A DNA stretch of 64,000 nt from an uncultured bacterium (GTDB lineage: Bacteria > Acidobacteriota > Aminicenantia > Aminicenantales > Saccharicenantaceae): contig CALEUG010000006.1 in NCBI GenBank assembly GCA_937920515.1, positions 32,000 through 95,999 of the forward strand, given 5' to 3'. Below, in pieces: positions 9,821-18,835 of this stretch. Every line of letters begins with the position of its first letter. Position 1 is the stretch's first letter. Made by a program: the position numbers and the translations under genes. The notes beneath the pieces were generated by a model. It made no database searches and was not told where the DNA came from. It worked only from the letters and a program-made list of their open reading frames with translations.

Positions 9821-10728
9821 AAAGTTCCAGTTTGACTTTGAGCTTAATTCTGGTCATTACCTTTATTGTCCCGGGCCTGGCCTTTTTTTCTGGACTCCAG
9901 GCTCAGACTGCGGACCAGCGCCTGGTATCCGGCGACTGGCTGCAGGCCAACCTCAATCTGCCCAACGTCAGGGTCATAGACATGAGGGCCGATATCAGGG
10001 ATTACTGGTCCGGGCATATCCCCGGGGCCGTTTACCTGGACGAAACTGCCCTGCGCTGGCCCCAGAACGGAGTGCCCGGGCGCCTCATCCCGGTTGAAGT
10101 TCTGACCAGATTGCTGGAAGAGATGGGGATTAATTACAAGAGCACCATCATCATTTATACCGAGATTAATAATTACCGGGCGACTTACCTCGCCTGGGCT
10201 CTTGATTATATCAGGCACCAGAGCTGGGCTATTCTTGATGGTGGTTTTAACCGCTGGAAGAGCGAAAACCGGCCGGTATCTCGTGATTATCCAAAGCTGA
10301 ACCGGACCAGCTACGGTCAGAAAATAAATCCTGACGAATCGGTCAGGGCGCTCCTGGATCAGGTAAAAAACCGGGACCCCCGGGCCACGGTTCTTCTGGA
10401 TGTCAGGTCGGCTGAATTGTTTTCGGGCGAACGCGGCAACTGGAAGAGAAACGGACATATACCGGGAGCGATTAACATATTCTGGGCTTCTTTTCTGCGA
10501 GAAGACGGAACCTGGAAAGATTTTAAGATGATAGCCGAAAACCTCAGACAGATGGGCATAACTCCTGATAAGACCATAATAATTTCCTGCGGACAGGGGT
10601 TGATGTCTTCCCACACCTATCTAACCCTAAAGTATCTATTGAATTATCCTAAAGTCCGGGTGTACGACGGGAGTTTCAACGAATGGAGTAACCGGGATGA
10701 TCTTCCGGTAGAAACCGGCCAGAGGTAA
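9817..10728 (+). CDS. Secreted tandem-rhodanese sulfurtransferase (thiosulfate/3-mercaptopyruvate type)
   Basis: Sec-type signal MKSSSLTLSLILVITFIVPGLAFFSG. Two rhodanese halves. Active-site loop ISCGQGLMSSH. The ATG overlaps the upstream stop (ATGA). Confidence 0.8.
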   Translation: MKSSSLTLSLILVITFIVPGLAFFSGLQAQTADQRLVSGDWLQANLNLPNVRVIDMRADIRDYWSGHIPGAVYLDETALRWPQNGVPGRLIPVEVLTRLLEEMGINYKSTIIIYTEINNYRATYLAWALDYIRHQSWAILDGGFNRWKSENRPVSRDYPKLNRTSYGQKINPDESVRALLDQVKNRDPRATVLLDVRSAELFSGERGNWKRNGHIPGAINIFWASFLREDGTWKDFKMIAENLRQMGITPDKTIIISCGQGLMSSHTYLTLKYLLNYPKVRVYDGSFNEWSNRDDLPVETGQR

Positions 10729-10733
10729 TTGCG

Positions 10734-10874
10734 ATGGAAAAAAGAAAGTTTTTATTTTTTGTCTTTCTATTCCTGTCCGTTGCTTTAATAGTTCTGGGAT
10801 TGCTCGGCGGGGAGTTCAGGGTGGTCTGGCAAAAAGCGGTCACGGTCTGCCTGGAATGCATAGGAATCGGGTGA
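10734..10874 (+). CDS. 46-aa single-TM micro-protein with C-terminal CXXC (CD1871A-like, from memory)
   Basis: Not in the ORF track because it is under 60 aa. ATG at 10734 with GAGGT 7 nt upstream. Translation: MEKRKFLFFVFLFLSVALIVLGLLGGEFRVVWQKAVTVCLECIGIG*. It fills the gap between two genes, and its stop lies within the SD of the next gene. Confidence 0.55.
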   Translation: MEKRKFLFFVFLFLSVALIVLGLLGGEFRVVWQKAVTVCLECIGIG

Positions 10875-10885
10875 GGAGCTGAGCC

Positions 10886-11782
10886 ATGAAAACCGGAGAC
10901 CTGAAGACCCGGATAAAGAGAAGGATATTTCAGGTGGCAGCCACCCTGGGCTTCAACCTGGATTTTCTGTCTCTAATGAAAGGTAATATCAGCCAGGCCA
11001 AGACCAAGGGACTGTGTTTGCCCGCCCTGAATTGCTATTCCTGCCCGGCGGCCATAGGTGCCTGTCCGCTGGGAGCTCTGCAAAACTCATTGAATTCGCT
11101 GAGGTACAACCTGGGGGCCGGTCAGAAAAAACTCGGGCTGTATGTTGTCGGAAGCCTCGGGCTGATGGGAACCATCGGTGGAAGGCTGCCCTGCGGCTGG
11201 CTCTGTCCTTTTGGCCTGCTTCAGGAACTGGTCTACAGGATTCCCTTGCCGAAGATTCAGGTCCCGGCTTTTTTAACTTATCTCAGGTACATTATTCTCG
11301 TTTTTCTGGTCCTGCTATTGCCACTGCTGGTGGTGGATGCCTCCGGACTGGGCTGGCCCTGGTTTTGCAAGTGGGTCTGTCCGGCTGGCACCCTGGAGGC
11401 AGGAGTGGTTCTGGCAGCACTTAATCCGGCCATAAGAGGACAGCTCGGCTTCCTGTTTGCCTGGAAATTATCGCTTCTTATTCTTTTTCTGGTGTGGATG
11501 GCTATTTCCAGCAGGCCTTTCTGTCGCACGGTCTGCCCGCTGGGAACCATTCTTGGTTTCTTTAACCGGGTCAGCGCCTTCAGGATGAGGGTTGACCTGG
11601 AAAGGTGTATAGTCTGCGATGCCTGCCAGAAAGTCTGCCCGGTGAATATCAGGATATATAAAGATCCCGATAGCTCTCAGTGTGTGAGATGTTTGAAGTG
11701 TGAGCAGGTCTGCCCGACGGTCTGCATCTCCCATGGTTTCCGGCTGTCGGAAAAAGAGGCAGAACAGATAACGGGAGCCTGA
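10886..11782 (+). CDS. Membrane-bound 4Fe-4S polyferredoxin, NapH/MauN-like
   Basis: Multi-TM protein with repeated C-x3-C-P motifs (CGWLCP, CKWVCP, CRTVCP) and two ferredoxin motifs (CIVCDACQKVCP, CVRCLKCEQVCP). Confidence 0.8.
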   Translation: MKTGDLKTRIKRRIFQVAATLGFNLDFLSLMKGNISQAKTKGLCLPALNCYSCPAAIGACPLGALQNSLNSLRYNLGAGQKKLGLYVVGSLGLMGTIGGRLPCGWLCPFGLLQELVYRIPLPKIQVPAFLTYLRYIILVFLVLLLPLLVVDASGLGWPWFCKWVCPAGTLEAGVVLAALNPAIRGQLGFLFAWKLSLLILFLVWMAISSRPFCRTVCPLGTILGFFNRVSAFRMRVDLERCIVCDACQKVCPVNIRIYKDPDSSQCVRCLKCEQVCPTVCISHGFRLSEKEAEQITGA

Positions 11783-11868
11783 GCCAAAAAACACCCTGGG
11801 GGGCTATTAGCCCGGGCTCTTGGAATTCAAATCAGCGCTGGCCCGATGGCCGAACCCGAAATCACTCT

Positions 11869-13044
11869 TCAGAAAGATTCACCGGCTTTAAAGTAAATTC
11901 CGTAGGTTCCCGGCCCAACGGCCAGGTCCACCCTGAGGTTAGCATTTTCTCTCGGTATAATCTTGAACCTCAGGCCCAGGCCAGCTGAATATTTGAGATT
12001 ATCAAAAGAAATGTCCCGGAATCGGTTGGCCAGGCTGCCCATGGCTCCAAAAATCACTGCCCCCAGCTTCTTCCAGACGGGGAAGCGGTACTCGGCCTGA
12101 AAAGCAACCAGGTTCATGTCCCGGAAACGGCCGTTATAAAAACCGCGCAGCAGAGAATCTCCACCAAGACGTGGCAGTCGGTAGAAGGGAACATTGCCGG
12201 TGCTGGTTTCGGCCAGGGCCTGGAGGGCCAGGACCTGGTTTTCGCCGACCTGGTGGTAATTCCGCAGGTCAAGCTGTAAACTTAAAAAATCATAATCACT
12301 CCCGAAGAAATGATCATTCCAGTTAATATTTGCCTGAAGGTAAAGTCCACTTTTAGGGTAGAATATGTTATCGCGGTTATCGAAACTGGCTAACAGGCCA
12401 GGTCCGGACAGAAGCCCACCGTGGCTGCCAGGAACCAGTTCCTGGTCCAGCAGTTTTCCGGGTTCAATTTCAACTATCCTGGTGCTTTCCAGGCGGTATT
12501 TTAATCCAAGATAGAGAGGAAGGTTCTGCCCCAGTTTCTTTTGCAGTCCCAGTTCCATCAGAAACCGCTGAGGAGTGTAGACCTCTTGCATGGCATCAGA
12601 AGTGTCAGGGCCTATACCCCAGAGTTTACTCGGGAAACGTTCAGCCAGAAAGTTTCCGGCTATAAATAATGAATTATTTTTGAGATATATTTCGGGTTTG
12701 ACCTGGAGAGTAAACTGTTTTAGCTGGGTATAGATGGCACCGATAAACATGGTGCTGGGGCGGGCCTGCTTGAAGATCAACCCGAAACGGTAGGTGATAA
12801 GACTGCCCAGGCCAAAAGCAATTCTGGTTTCAGGAGTATAATAAATGATAGGTAGAAGGGTAAGACCCATCCGGTCAGGCTCTTGTGCTTCACTTATCAC
12901 AATCTGCTGGCCATCACTCTTGACAGTGGTTTGCTGGGGAAAACCGGAGGCAATAAGCAATACCATAGAAAAAAAGACGAAAACGGCCACAGCCTCGAAG
13001 AGGCTCTTAAGTCTTTTTTTTTCAACCAGCAAACGCATAGTCAT
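11869..13044 (-). CDS. Omp85/BamA-family outer-membrane beta-barrel protein (no obvious POTRA array)
   Basis: The C-terminal barrel pattern ...LGGDSLLRGF...AEYRFP...GLGLRF...DLA...YFKAGESF ends in an aromatic residue. N-terminal TM/signal. The start is ambiguous (ATG 13044 or ATG 13038). Confidence 0.65.
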   Translation of the reverse strand: MTMRLLVEKKRLKSLFEAVAVFVFFSMVLLIASGFPQQTTVKSDGQQIVISEAQEPDRMGLTLLPIIYYTPETRIAFGLGSLITYRFGLIFKQARPSTMFIGAIYTQLKQFTLQVKPEIYLKNNSLFIAGNFLAERFPSKLWGIGPDTSDAMQEVYTPQRFLMELGLQKKLGQNLPLYLGLKYRLESTRIVEIEPGKLLDQELVPGSHGGLLSGPGLLASFDNRDNIFYPKSGLYLQANINWNDHFFGSDYDFLSLQLDLRNYHQVGENQVLALQALAETSTGNVPFYRLPRLGGDSLLRGFYNGRFRDMNLVAFQAEYRFPVWKKLGAVIFGAMGSLANRFRDISFDNLKYSAGLGLRFKIIPRENANLRVDLAVGPGTYGIYFKAGESF

Positions 13045-13047
13045 AAA

Positions 13048-13076
13048 ATATTAGGCCTAAAATGCTAACCTGTCAA
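13048..13076 (-). promoter_or_regulatory. Sigma-70 promoter TTGACA-17-TAATAT for the Omp85-like gene
   Basis: Read on the minus strand, TTGACA is at 13076-13071 and TAATAT at 13053-13048. The -10 ends only 3 nt before the first ATG, which implies a leaderless or near-leaderless mRNA starting near ATG 13038. Confidence 0.45.
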
Positions 13077-13138
13077 TGTTTTTAGTCGATTCAGGTCTAT
13101 TTTTTAAAAAAAATGTCACAATCGTTAAATTTTTTATC

Positions 13139-13168
13139 TTGACAGAAACTTGCGACTGAAAGTATTGT
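13139..13168 (+). promoter_or_regulatory. Sigma-70 promoter candidate TTGACA-18-TATTGT
   Basis: Perfect -35 at 13139-44 in an AT-rich 200-nt divergent intergenic region, about 75 nt upstream of ATG 13245. Confidence 0.35.
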
Positions 13169-13244
13169 TATACCGTGACTTTAAGCGATTTTAACAGATA
13201 ATATTTTTTAATAAAAAAATAACTGAATTTGAAGGGATTAAATT

Positions 13245-14855
13245 ATGAGAAGCAAGGAATCTGAGAAAAGAAAGGGCCCTGCCCAGAGTTCCTGTTTGAT
13301 GAGAAGGCGGGAATTTTTCAGCAATTGTGGACGCTGCGCTCTGCTGGCTGCCGGATGTTTTTACTCTGGCCTTAAATCGAGTTCCGCCCAGAACCTGGCC
13401 TTGCTGGACCTGTCCTCTCTGCCTGCCAGAAAAGAGGTAAGGCTCAGGCTGCTCTTTGCTTTGCACCGTCCGGTACAGGACCGTCCGGACTGGCCTAACC
13501 TTGGTTTTGACTTCAGGCCGGTTATTGAAAAATACGTGTCCCTACTGGAGAAGCGGCTGCCAGAGTTCTCTTATCTGGTTTCCATGGCCAGCGGTCCGGA
13601 GGAAGCAGCCGGCATCCTGGAAGCAGACCGGGAAAAGCAGATTGACGGTTATGTTGTCTTCCAGTTGAATTGCTGGAACCGGGTAGTTCAACCGGCCGTT
13701 GAGACCGGGAAGCCAGTTCTGTATGTAGATTTTCAATACGGTGGTAGCGGTGGGTTCCTGGTATACACTGCGGGTCTGGTCCGCCAGTCAAAGAAGAATT
13801 TTGGCTTCATCTGCTCTTCCGACCCGGAACACCTGGTGGCAGCAGTCAGGGCCTTTAAGACATTCCGGACTGAAGGAGAAGATGTCACTTTTTCAGACCT
13901 GGTCGGCAGAATCAGGCAAAATCTCACCCCGCCTCCCGGGTATCTAAAGTGTTATCCTGATGAATTAAACCTCATTGACCCGGAGGAAACGGTCTACCGG
14001 ATGAAACATTCTCCAATCCTGCTCTTTCGCGATCAGAACGGCGGAGAAAGTATGGAAGTGGCGGGCATTCCGGTTATAAATCTACCGTTTTCAGAATTAA
14101 ACTCGGCCTGGGAAAAAGCGGACAGGGAAGAAGCCAGGACTGTGGCCCGAAACTGGTGGAAACAGGCTGCCCTGGTTCAGAATGTCAGGTTTTCTGAACT
14201 GATAAATTCGGCGGCCATGTATCTCGGAATGAAAAAACTGCTACAAAAATACCAGGCCAGGGCTGTAACCATAAATTGCCTTGGGGGATTCTACGGTGGC
14301 CATATTCAGGCTTATCCCTGTCTGGGCTTTTACGAGCTAAATAACCTGGGGTTGGTCGGAGCCTGCGAGGCCGACCTCAGGTCAACGGCCACCATGGTGG
14401 CTTTCGGTTTAATGACCGGAGGCCGCCCTGGATACATATCCGACCCGGTGCTGGACATATCCAGCCGGCGCATCATCTATGCTCACTGTGTGGCTCCCGG
14501 CCGGGTGTTCGGGCCGGAGGGAACAGTCAACCCGATAGAGATCCTGACTCATTCCGAAGACCGGCAGGGAGCCTCGGTGCGCTCCCTGATGCCTGCCGGC
14601 TACCTGACCACCAGCCTGGAAATTGATCAGAGCAAAAAGGCCATACTGGTACATCAGGCCAAGGCCGTCGGCAATTCCTTTGATGACCGGGCCTGCCGGA
14701 CAAAACTGGTGGCCGAGCCACTGGGCGATTTTGAAAAGCTTTTTACCTGCTGGGACGAGTGGGGCTGGCACCGGGTAACTTTTTACGGAGACCTGAAAAA
14801 GGCGGCTTACGAACTGGCTTCGGTTCTGGGCTATTCAGTGGTGGAAGAAGCCTGA
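13245..14855 (+). CDS. Tat-signal protein with an L-fucose/L-arabinose isomerase-like fold (function unknown)
   Basis: Twin-arginine motif MRRREFFSNCGRCALLAAGCF. The central ...LGLVGACEADLRSTATM... and ...AHCV... segments resemble the C-E-x-D / H-C-G region I recall from the fucose-isomerase superfamily. The family call is tentative. Confidence 0.5.
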   Translation: MRSKESEKRKGPAQSSCLMRRREFFSNCGRCALLAAGCFYSGLKSSSAQNLALLDLSSLPARKEVRLRLLFALHRPVQDRPDWPNLGFDFRPVIEKYVSLLEKRLPEFSYLVSMASGPEEAAGILEADREKQIDGYVVFQLNCWNRVVQPAVETGKPVLYVDFQYGGSGGFLVYTAGLVRQSKKNFGFICSSDPEHLVAAVRAFKTFRTEGEDVTFSDLVGRIRQNLTPPPGYLKCYPDELNLIDPEETVYRMKHSPILLFRDQNGGESMEVAGIPVINLPFSELNSAWEKADREEARTVARNWWKQAALVQNVRFSELINSAAMYLGMKKLLQKYQARAVTINCLGGFYGGHIQAYPCLGFYELNNLGLVGACEADLRSTATMVAFGLMTGGRPGYISDPVLDISSRRIIYAHCVAPGRVFGPEGTVNPIEILTHSEDRQGASVRSLMPAGYLTTSLEIDQSKKAILVHQAKAVGNSFDDRACRTKLVAEPLGDFEKLFTCWDEWGWHRVTFYGDLKKAAYELASVLGYSVVEEA

Positions 14856-14905
14856 ACCAGTTCCGAGTCTTAAACGTCATAATTAATCACAGGAAGGAGG
14901 CAATT

Positions 14906-17638
14906 ATGAATCTTAAAAGGGTTCTCATTTTCCTGGTGATGCTATTCCTGCTGTATGGAATTATGATACCGGCAGCTCAACCCGCAAGAGAAAAAAGCGG
15001 GCCGGCCGCCAGGTTCAGCGACTCTCTTTTCCAGGCGATAAAATTCCGTTCCATAGGACCGACCAGGCAGAGCGGAAGATTTGTGGATTTTGCCGTTCCC
15101 CGGCAGAAACCTTTCACCTTTTATGCCGCCACCGCCTCCGGTGGGCTCTGGAAAACAATCAACAACGGAATTACTTTCGAACCCATCTTTGACAACGAAA
15201 AAGTATTTTCTATAGGTGATATTGAAGTTTCTCCCTCCAACCCGGAAGTTATCTGGGTGGGAACCGGTGAGGCCAATAATTCCAGGTCCAGTTACTGGGG
15301 AGACGGAGTTTACAAGAGCACCGATGGCGGAAGAACATGGAAAAATATGGGACTTAAAGATTCGCACCATATAGGTAGAATTGTGGTCGACCCGGTCAAC
15401 CCGGATGTGGTTTACGTGGCGGCCCTGGGTCATCTTTACTCAGAAAATGAGGAAAGAGGTCTCTATAAAACCACAGACGGCGGCCTGACCTGGGAGAAAG
15501 TCCTGGAGGTAAGAGTGGAGAACCGGGCGGTCGGCGTGGTCGATGTGGCTATGGACCCCGAAAATCCCGGCATTCTATACGCGGCAGCCTATGACCGGCT
15601 GCGGAAGCCCTGGAATTATCAGTTAGGCGGGCCAGGAAGCGGAATTTACAAGACAACCGACGGTGGCCGAACCTGGAAGAAACTGGAAAACGGCCTTCCC
15701 GGGGGAATTCTGGGTAGAATAGGCCTGGCGGTCTATCCCAGGAATCCGAGGATTGTCTATGCCTGCATAGAGAATGCCAACAAGCCCGGGATGAGCCCGG
15801 AAGACAGGTACAAAGAGATTGTCCAGGGGCTGCCCAGCTCCGGCATGATAGACGGCGAGGTCTATCGCTCGGATGATGGCGGAGAAAGCTGGCGAAAAAT
15901 CAGTCCCGAGGGACAGAGCATAGGCGGGGCTCCGGGATATTATTACGGGCAGATTATAGTTGACCCCAACGATGACAAGGTGGTTTACGTTCTCAGCGTT
16001 TCTGTTCTGGGCACCCGGGACGGGGGGAAGACCTGGAACCGCCGTGTTTTTAATTTTGGGGGTGATAACCATGCCCTGTGGATCAATCCTGAAAACTCTG
16101 ACCACATGCTGTTAGGGTACGATCATGGAATGGGTATCACTTATGATGGGGGAAAAAACTGGTACCATCCTGATTTCCTGCCGCTGGCCCAGTTCTATGC
16201 CGCTGGAGTTGACAACTCCTATCCATACCGGGTAGCTGGCGGCACCCAGGATAATGGGTCTCACCTCGGACCGAGCACCAGGCCCGGAGGAAAACCGATC
16301 AGGCTGGAGCACTGGTCAACAGTCGGCGGCGGAGATGGCATGTACAACGTATTTGACTGGAAGACCAACCGATATCTCTACAACGAGTCCCAGTTTGGCG
16401 TCATCCAGAGAATTGACCTGCAGACCGGCGAGAGAAAGAGTATCAGATATCAAAGAGAAGACCTGCGCTGGAACTGGTGTGCTCCCATCCTGGTCTCCAG
16501 GCATAACAGCGATGTCATCTACCATGGCGCTAACATTCTTCTCAAATCTCCCTACCGCGGCGAGTACTGGGTGGAGGTCAGTCCAGACCTGACCACCAAC
16601 GACAAAGAGAAGCTTCCTCAGGGAAAGGGCGGGGACGGCAACATCCAGTATTGCACCATCACCACCATAGACGAATCACCTCTGGTGGAAGGCCTGCTCT
16701 GGGTGGGGACCGACGATGGGCAGGTCTGGCTGACCAGGAATGGAGGAAAGAACTGGGAGAAATTGACCGATAAGATTAAAGGTCATCCAGGCTACTGGAT
16801 AAGCCGGGTCACCGCTTCCAACTTCAGTCCGGGCACGGCTTACGTGACCGTCACCGGCTTCCGGCACGATGATTTCCGGCCCTTTATTTTTAAGACCGAA
16901 GATTACGGACAGACCTGGACGGCTATTTCTGGTAACCTGCCCGAAGGTCCGGTCAACGTCATACGCGAAGACCATAAGAATCCGCAGCTGCTGCTGGCCG
17001 GTACCGATTTTGGAGTCTATGCCACCCTGGACGGGGGAAAAAACTGGTTCAAGCTTAAAGGAAATATGCCAACCCAGCCTGTTCACGACCTCATCATACA
17101 CCAGAGGGAAAACGACCTGGTGGTGGCCACCCATGGTCGGGGAATCTTCATTGCTGATATTTCCTGGCTTCAGGAAATGACACCTGAGATTCTGAACAGA
17201 GAACTCCATCTTTTCACGGTGGAACCAAAAATAAAATGGCTGGATAAGGACACCGGTCATTCCAGTTCTCTGAATTACCATGGTGAGAGCGAACCGGAAG
17301 CCGCGGTCATTAATTATTACTTAAAATCGGAAATAAGCGGCGAGGCCGTCATTAAAATTTACCAGGGTCAGATGCTTATCAACGAGCTCCGGGGCCCAGG
17401 TCGGGCCGGTATAAACCAGGCTTTCTGGAACCTGACTGCCCGGAGGGAAAGAACTCCGGAAGAAAAGAAACAGGTAGAACAGATGATGGCCAGGATAACT
17501 GCGGCCGGTTATCGCTCCCAGGTGGACTCCAGGTATGTTTACACCCCGGTCCGGGAAGGAGACTACCGGGTGGTAATTGAAGCCGGGGGCCGGCAGGCTT
17601 CGGGGCTGATAAGAATTCTTCCTGACCTGTGGAATTGA
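14906..17638 (+). CDS. Secreted BNR/Asp-box repeat protein (sortilin/VPS10-like double beta-propeller)
   Basis: I prefer the ATG at 14906 (AGGAAGGAGG upstream) followed by the signal peptide MNLKRVLIFLVMLFLLYG. Nine S/T-x-D-G-G-x-T/N-W Asp-boxes: STDGGRTW, TTDGGLTW, TTDGGRTW, SDDGGESW, TRDGGKTW, TYDGGKNW, TRNGGKNW, TEDYGQTW, TLDGGKNW. Confidence 0.75.
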   Translation: MNLKRVLIFLVMLFLLYGIMIPAAQPAREKSGPAARFSDSLFQAIKFRSIGPTRQSGRFVDFAVPRQKPFTFYAATASGGLWKTINNGITFEPIFDNEKVFSIGDIEVSPSNPEVIWVGTGEANNSRSSYWGDGVYKSTDGGRTWKNMGLKDSHHIGRIVVDPVNPDVVYVAALGHLYSENEERGLYKTTDGGLTWEKVLEVRVENRAVGVVDVAMDPENPGILYAAAYDRLRKPWNYQLGGPGSGIYKTTDGGRTWKKLENGLPGGILGRIGLAVYPRNPRIVYACIENANKPGMSPEDRYKEIVQGLPSSGMIDGEVYRSDDGGESWRKISPEGQSIGGAPGYYYGQIIVDPNDDKVVYVLSVSVLGTRDGGKTWNRRVFNFGGDNHALWINPENSDHMLLGYDHGMGITYDGGKNWYHPDFLPLAQFYAAGVDNSYPYRVAGGTQDNGSHLGPSTRPGGKPIRLEHWSTVGGGDGMYNVFDWKTNRYLYNESQFGVIQRIDLQTGERKSIRYQREDLRWNWCAPILVSRHNSDVIYHGANILLKSPYRGEYWVEVSPDLTTNDKEKLPQGKGGDGNIQYCTITTIDESPLVEGLLWVGTDDGQVWLTRNGGKNWEKLTDKIKGHPGYWISRVTASNFSPGTAYVTVTGFRHDDFRPFIFKTEDYGQTWTAISGNLPEGPVNVIREDHKNPQLLLAGTDFGVYATLDGGKNWFKLKGNMPTQPVHDLIIHQRENDLVVATHGRGIFIADISWLQEMTPEILNRELHLFTVEPKIKWLDKDTGHSSSLNYHGESEPEAAVINYYLKSEISGEAVIKIYQGQMLINELRGPGRAGINQAFWNLTARRERTPEEKKQVEQMMARITAAGYRSQVDSRYVYTPVREGDYRVVIEAGGRQASGLIRILPDLWN

Positions 17639-17739
17639 CCGGGATTTATTATCATGGCCGGTATGGCTAAGGCTCGAAGAACGGGGTTTTAGCTCCGGCT
17701 TCCGGTCCTTGTTAATTTAACAATTTAGGGGAGGATTAC

Positions 17740-18801
17740 ATGACCGCCTACAGCTCTGGGCATCTAAGGGAGTTAATAAATAAATGGCCCCGAATCAGGC
17801 TGACCAGCCTGCCGACACCACTTTACCGGCTGGAGAACCTGGGCCGGGACCTTGTTTTGGGAGAGATACTGGTCAAGCGTGATGACCTGACCGGGCTGGC
17901 CTTCGGGGGCAATAAGTCCCGCAAGCTGGAATTCATCCTGGCCGATGCCCTCAACCAGGGAGCCGACACCATTATCACCTGGGGCAGCCTGCAATCGAAC
18001 TGGTGCCTGCAGACGGCCGCAGCCGCTCGCAGGTGCGGGCTGAGGCCCGTTCTGGTTCTCTTCAAGACCTATGAACTGTCTTACCCTGACCAGGGAAATA
18101 TACTCTTAGAAAAGCTGCTGGGAGCTGAGATAAGGATAACCGAAACCGAAGCCAGGGGTAAATCACCAGACCTGGAACAGGCCTTCAGGTTTCTGAACGA
18201 AGTCGCCCGGGAGGAAAGGAAAAAGGGCCATAAACCATACCTGGTATCAGTCGGCGGCTCAATGACCGGTGGAAACATGGGTAAGCCCCTGGGAGCGCTG
18301 GCTTATATGCTGGAGATGATTGAGATAACCAGCCAGACAGCGGTGTCGGGACCACCGGATTACGTGATAGTGGCCAGCGGTTCGGGGGCTACCCAGGCCG
18401 GGCTGATAGTCGGAGCTAAGGCTTTGGGACTCAGAACCAGGATTATCGGCATCTGCGTTTCGGACAGGAAAGAAGAGTTTCTGCCCCAGGTCAGGGAAAT
18501 TGCCCTGGAACTGGTTGAGGTCCTGGGGATAAAGAGAGCCTTTGATGACGAGGACATAATCCTGTTTGATGAATACCTGGGAAAGGGATACGGACAGGTT
18601 ACCCCGGAAATTTCTGAAGTAATAAGAATTGTTCTGCAGAAAGAAGGCCTGGTCCTGGACCCGGTTTATACCGGCAAAGCCATGATCGGCCTCCTCGACC
18701 TGGCGCGGAAAGGATATTTCAGGGCTTCGGACAGGATAGTCTTCATCCATACCGGTGGAACTCCGGCACTGTTCGCCTTCTCCGACCGGTTGCTCGATTA
18801 G
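17740..18801 (+). CDS. PLP-dependent D-cysteine desulfhydrase / ACC deaminase family protein
   Basis: The GGNKSRKLEF motif carries the PLP lysine, and a fold-type II pattern runs throughout. GGGGAGG SD upstream. Confidence 0.85.
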   Translation: MTAYSSGHLRELINKWPRIRLTSLPTPLYRLENLGRDLVLGEILVKRDDLTGLAFGGNKSRKLEFILADALNQGADTIITWGSLQSNWCLQTAAAARRCGLRPVLVLFKTYELSYPDQGNILLEKLLGAEIRITETEARGKSPDLEQAFRFLNEVAREERKKGHKPYLVSVGGSMTGGNMGKPLGALAYMLEMIEITSQTAVSGPPDYVIVASGSGATQAGLIVGAKALGLRTRIIGICVSDRKEEFLPQVREIALELVEVLGIKRAFDDEDIILFDEYLGKGYGQVTPEISEVIRIVLQKEGLVLDPVYTGKAMIGLLDLARKGYFRASDRIVFIHTGGTPALFAFSDRLLD

Positions 18802-18835
18802 CTGGCTAAAAGTACCAGCCGCCAGCCTGCTTTAT

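Noticed and set aside
13593-13610. GGTCCGGAGGAAGCAGCC, which resembles the conserved SRP (4.5S) RNA domain IV sequence.
   Set aside because: It sits in frame inside a 536-aa ORF (encoding SGPEEAAG). It has no matching 3' strand or GNRA loop and no flanking helix 5 pairing, so it is a coincidental match. I also checked the dnaX upstream gap (27383-27490), where ffs often lies, and found no SRP RNA.
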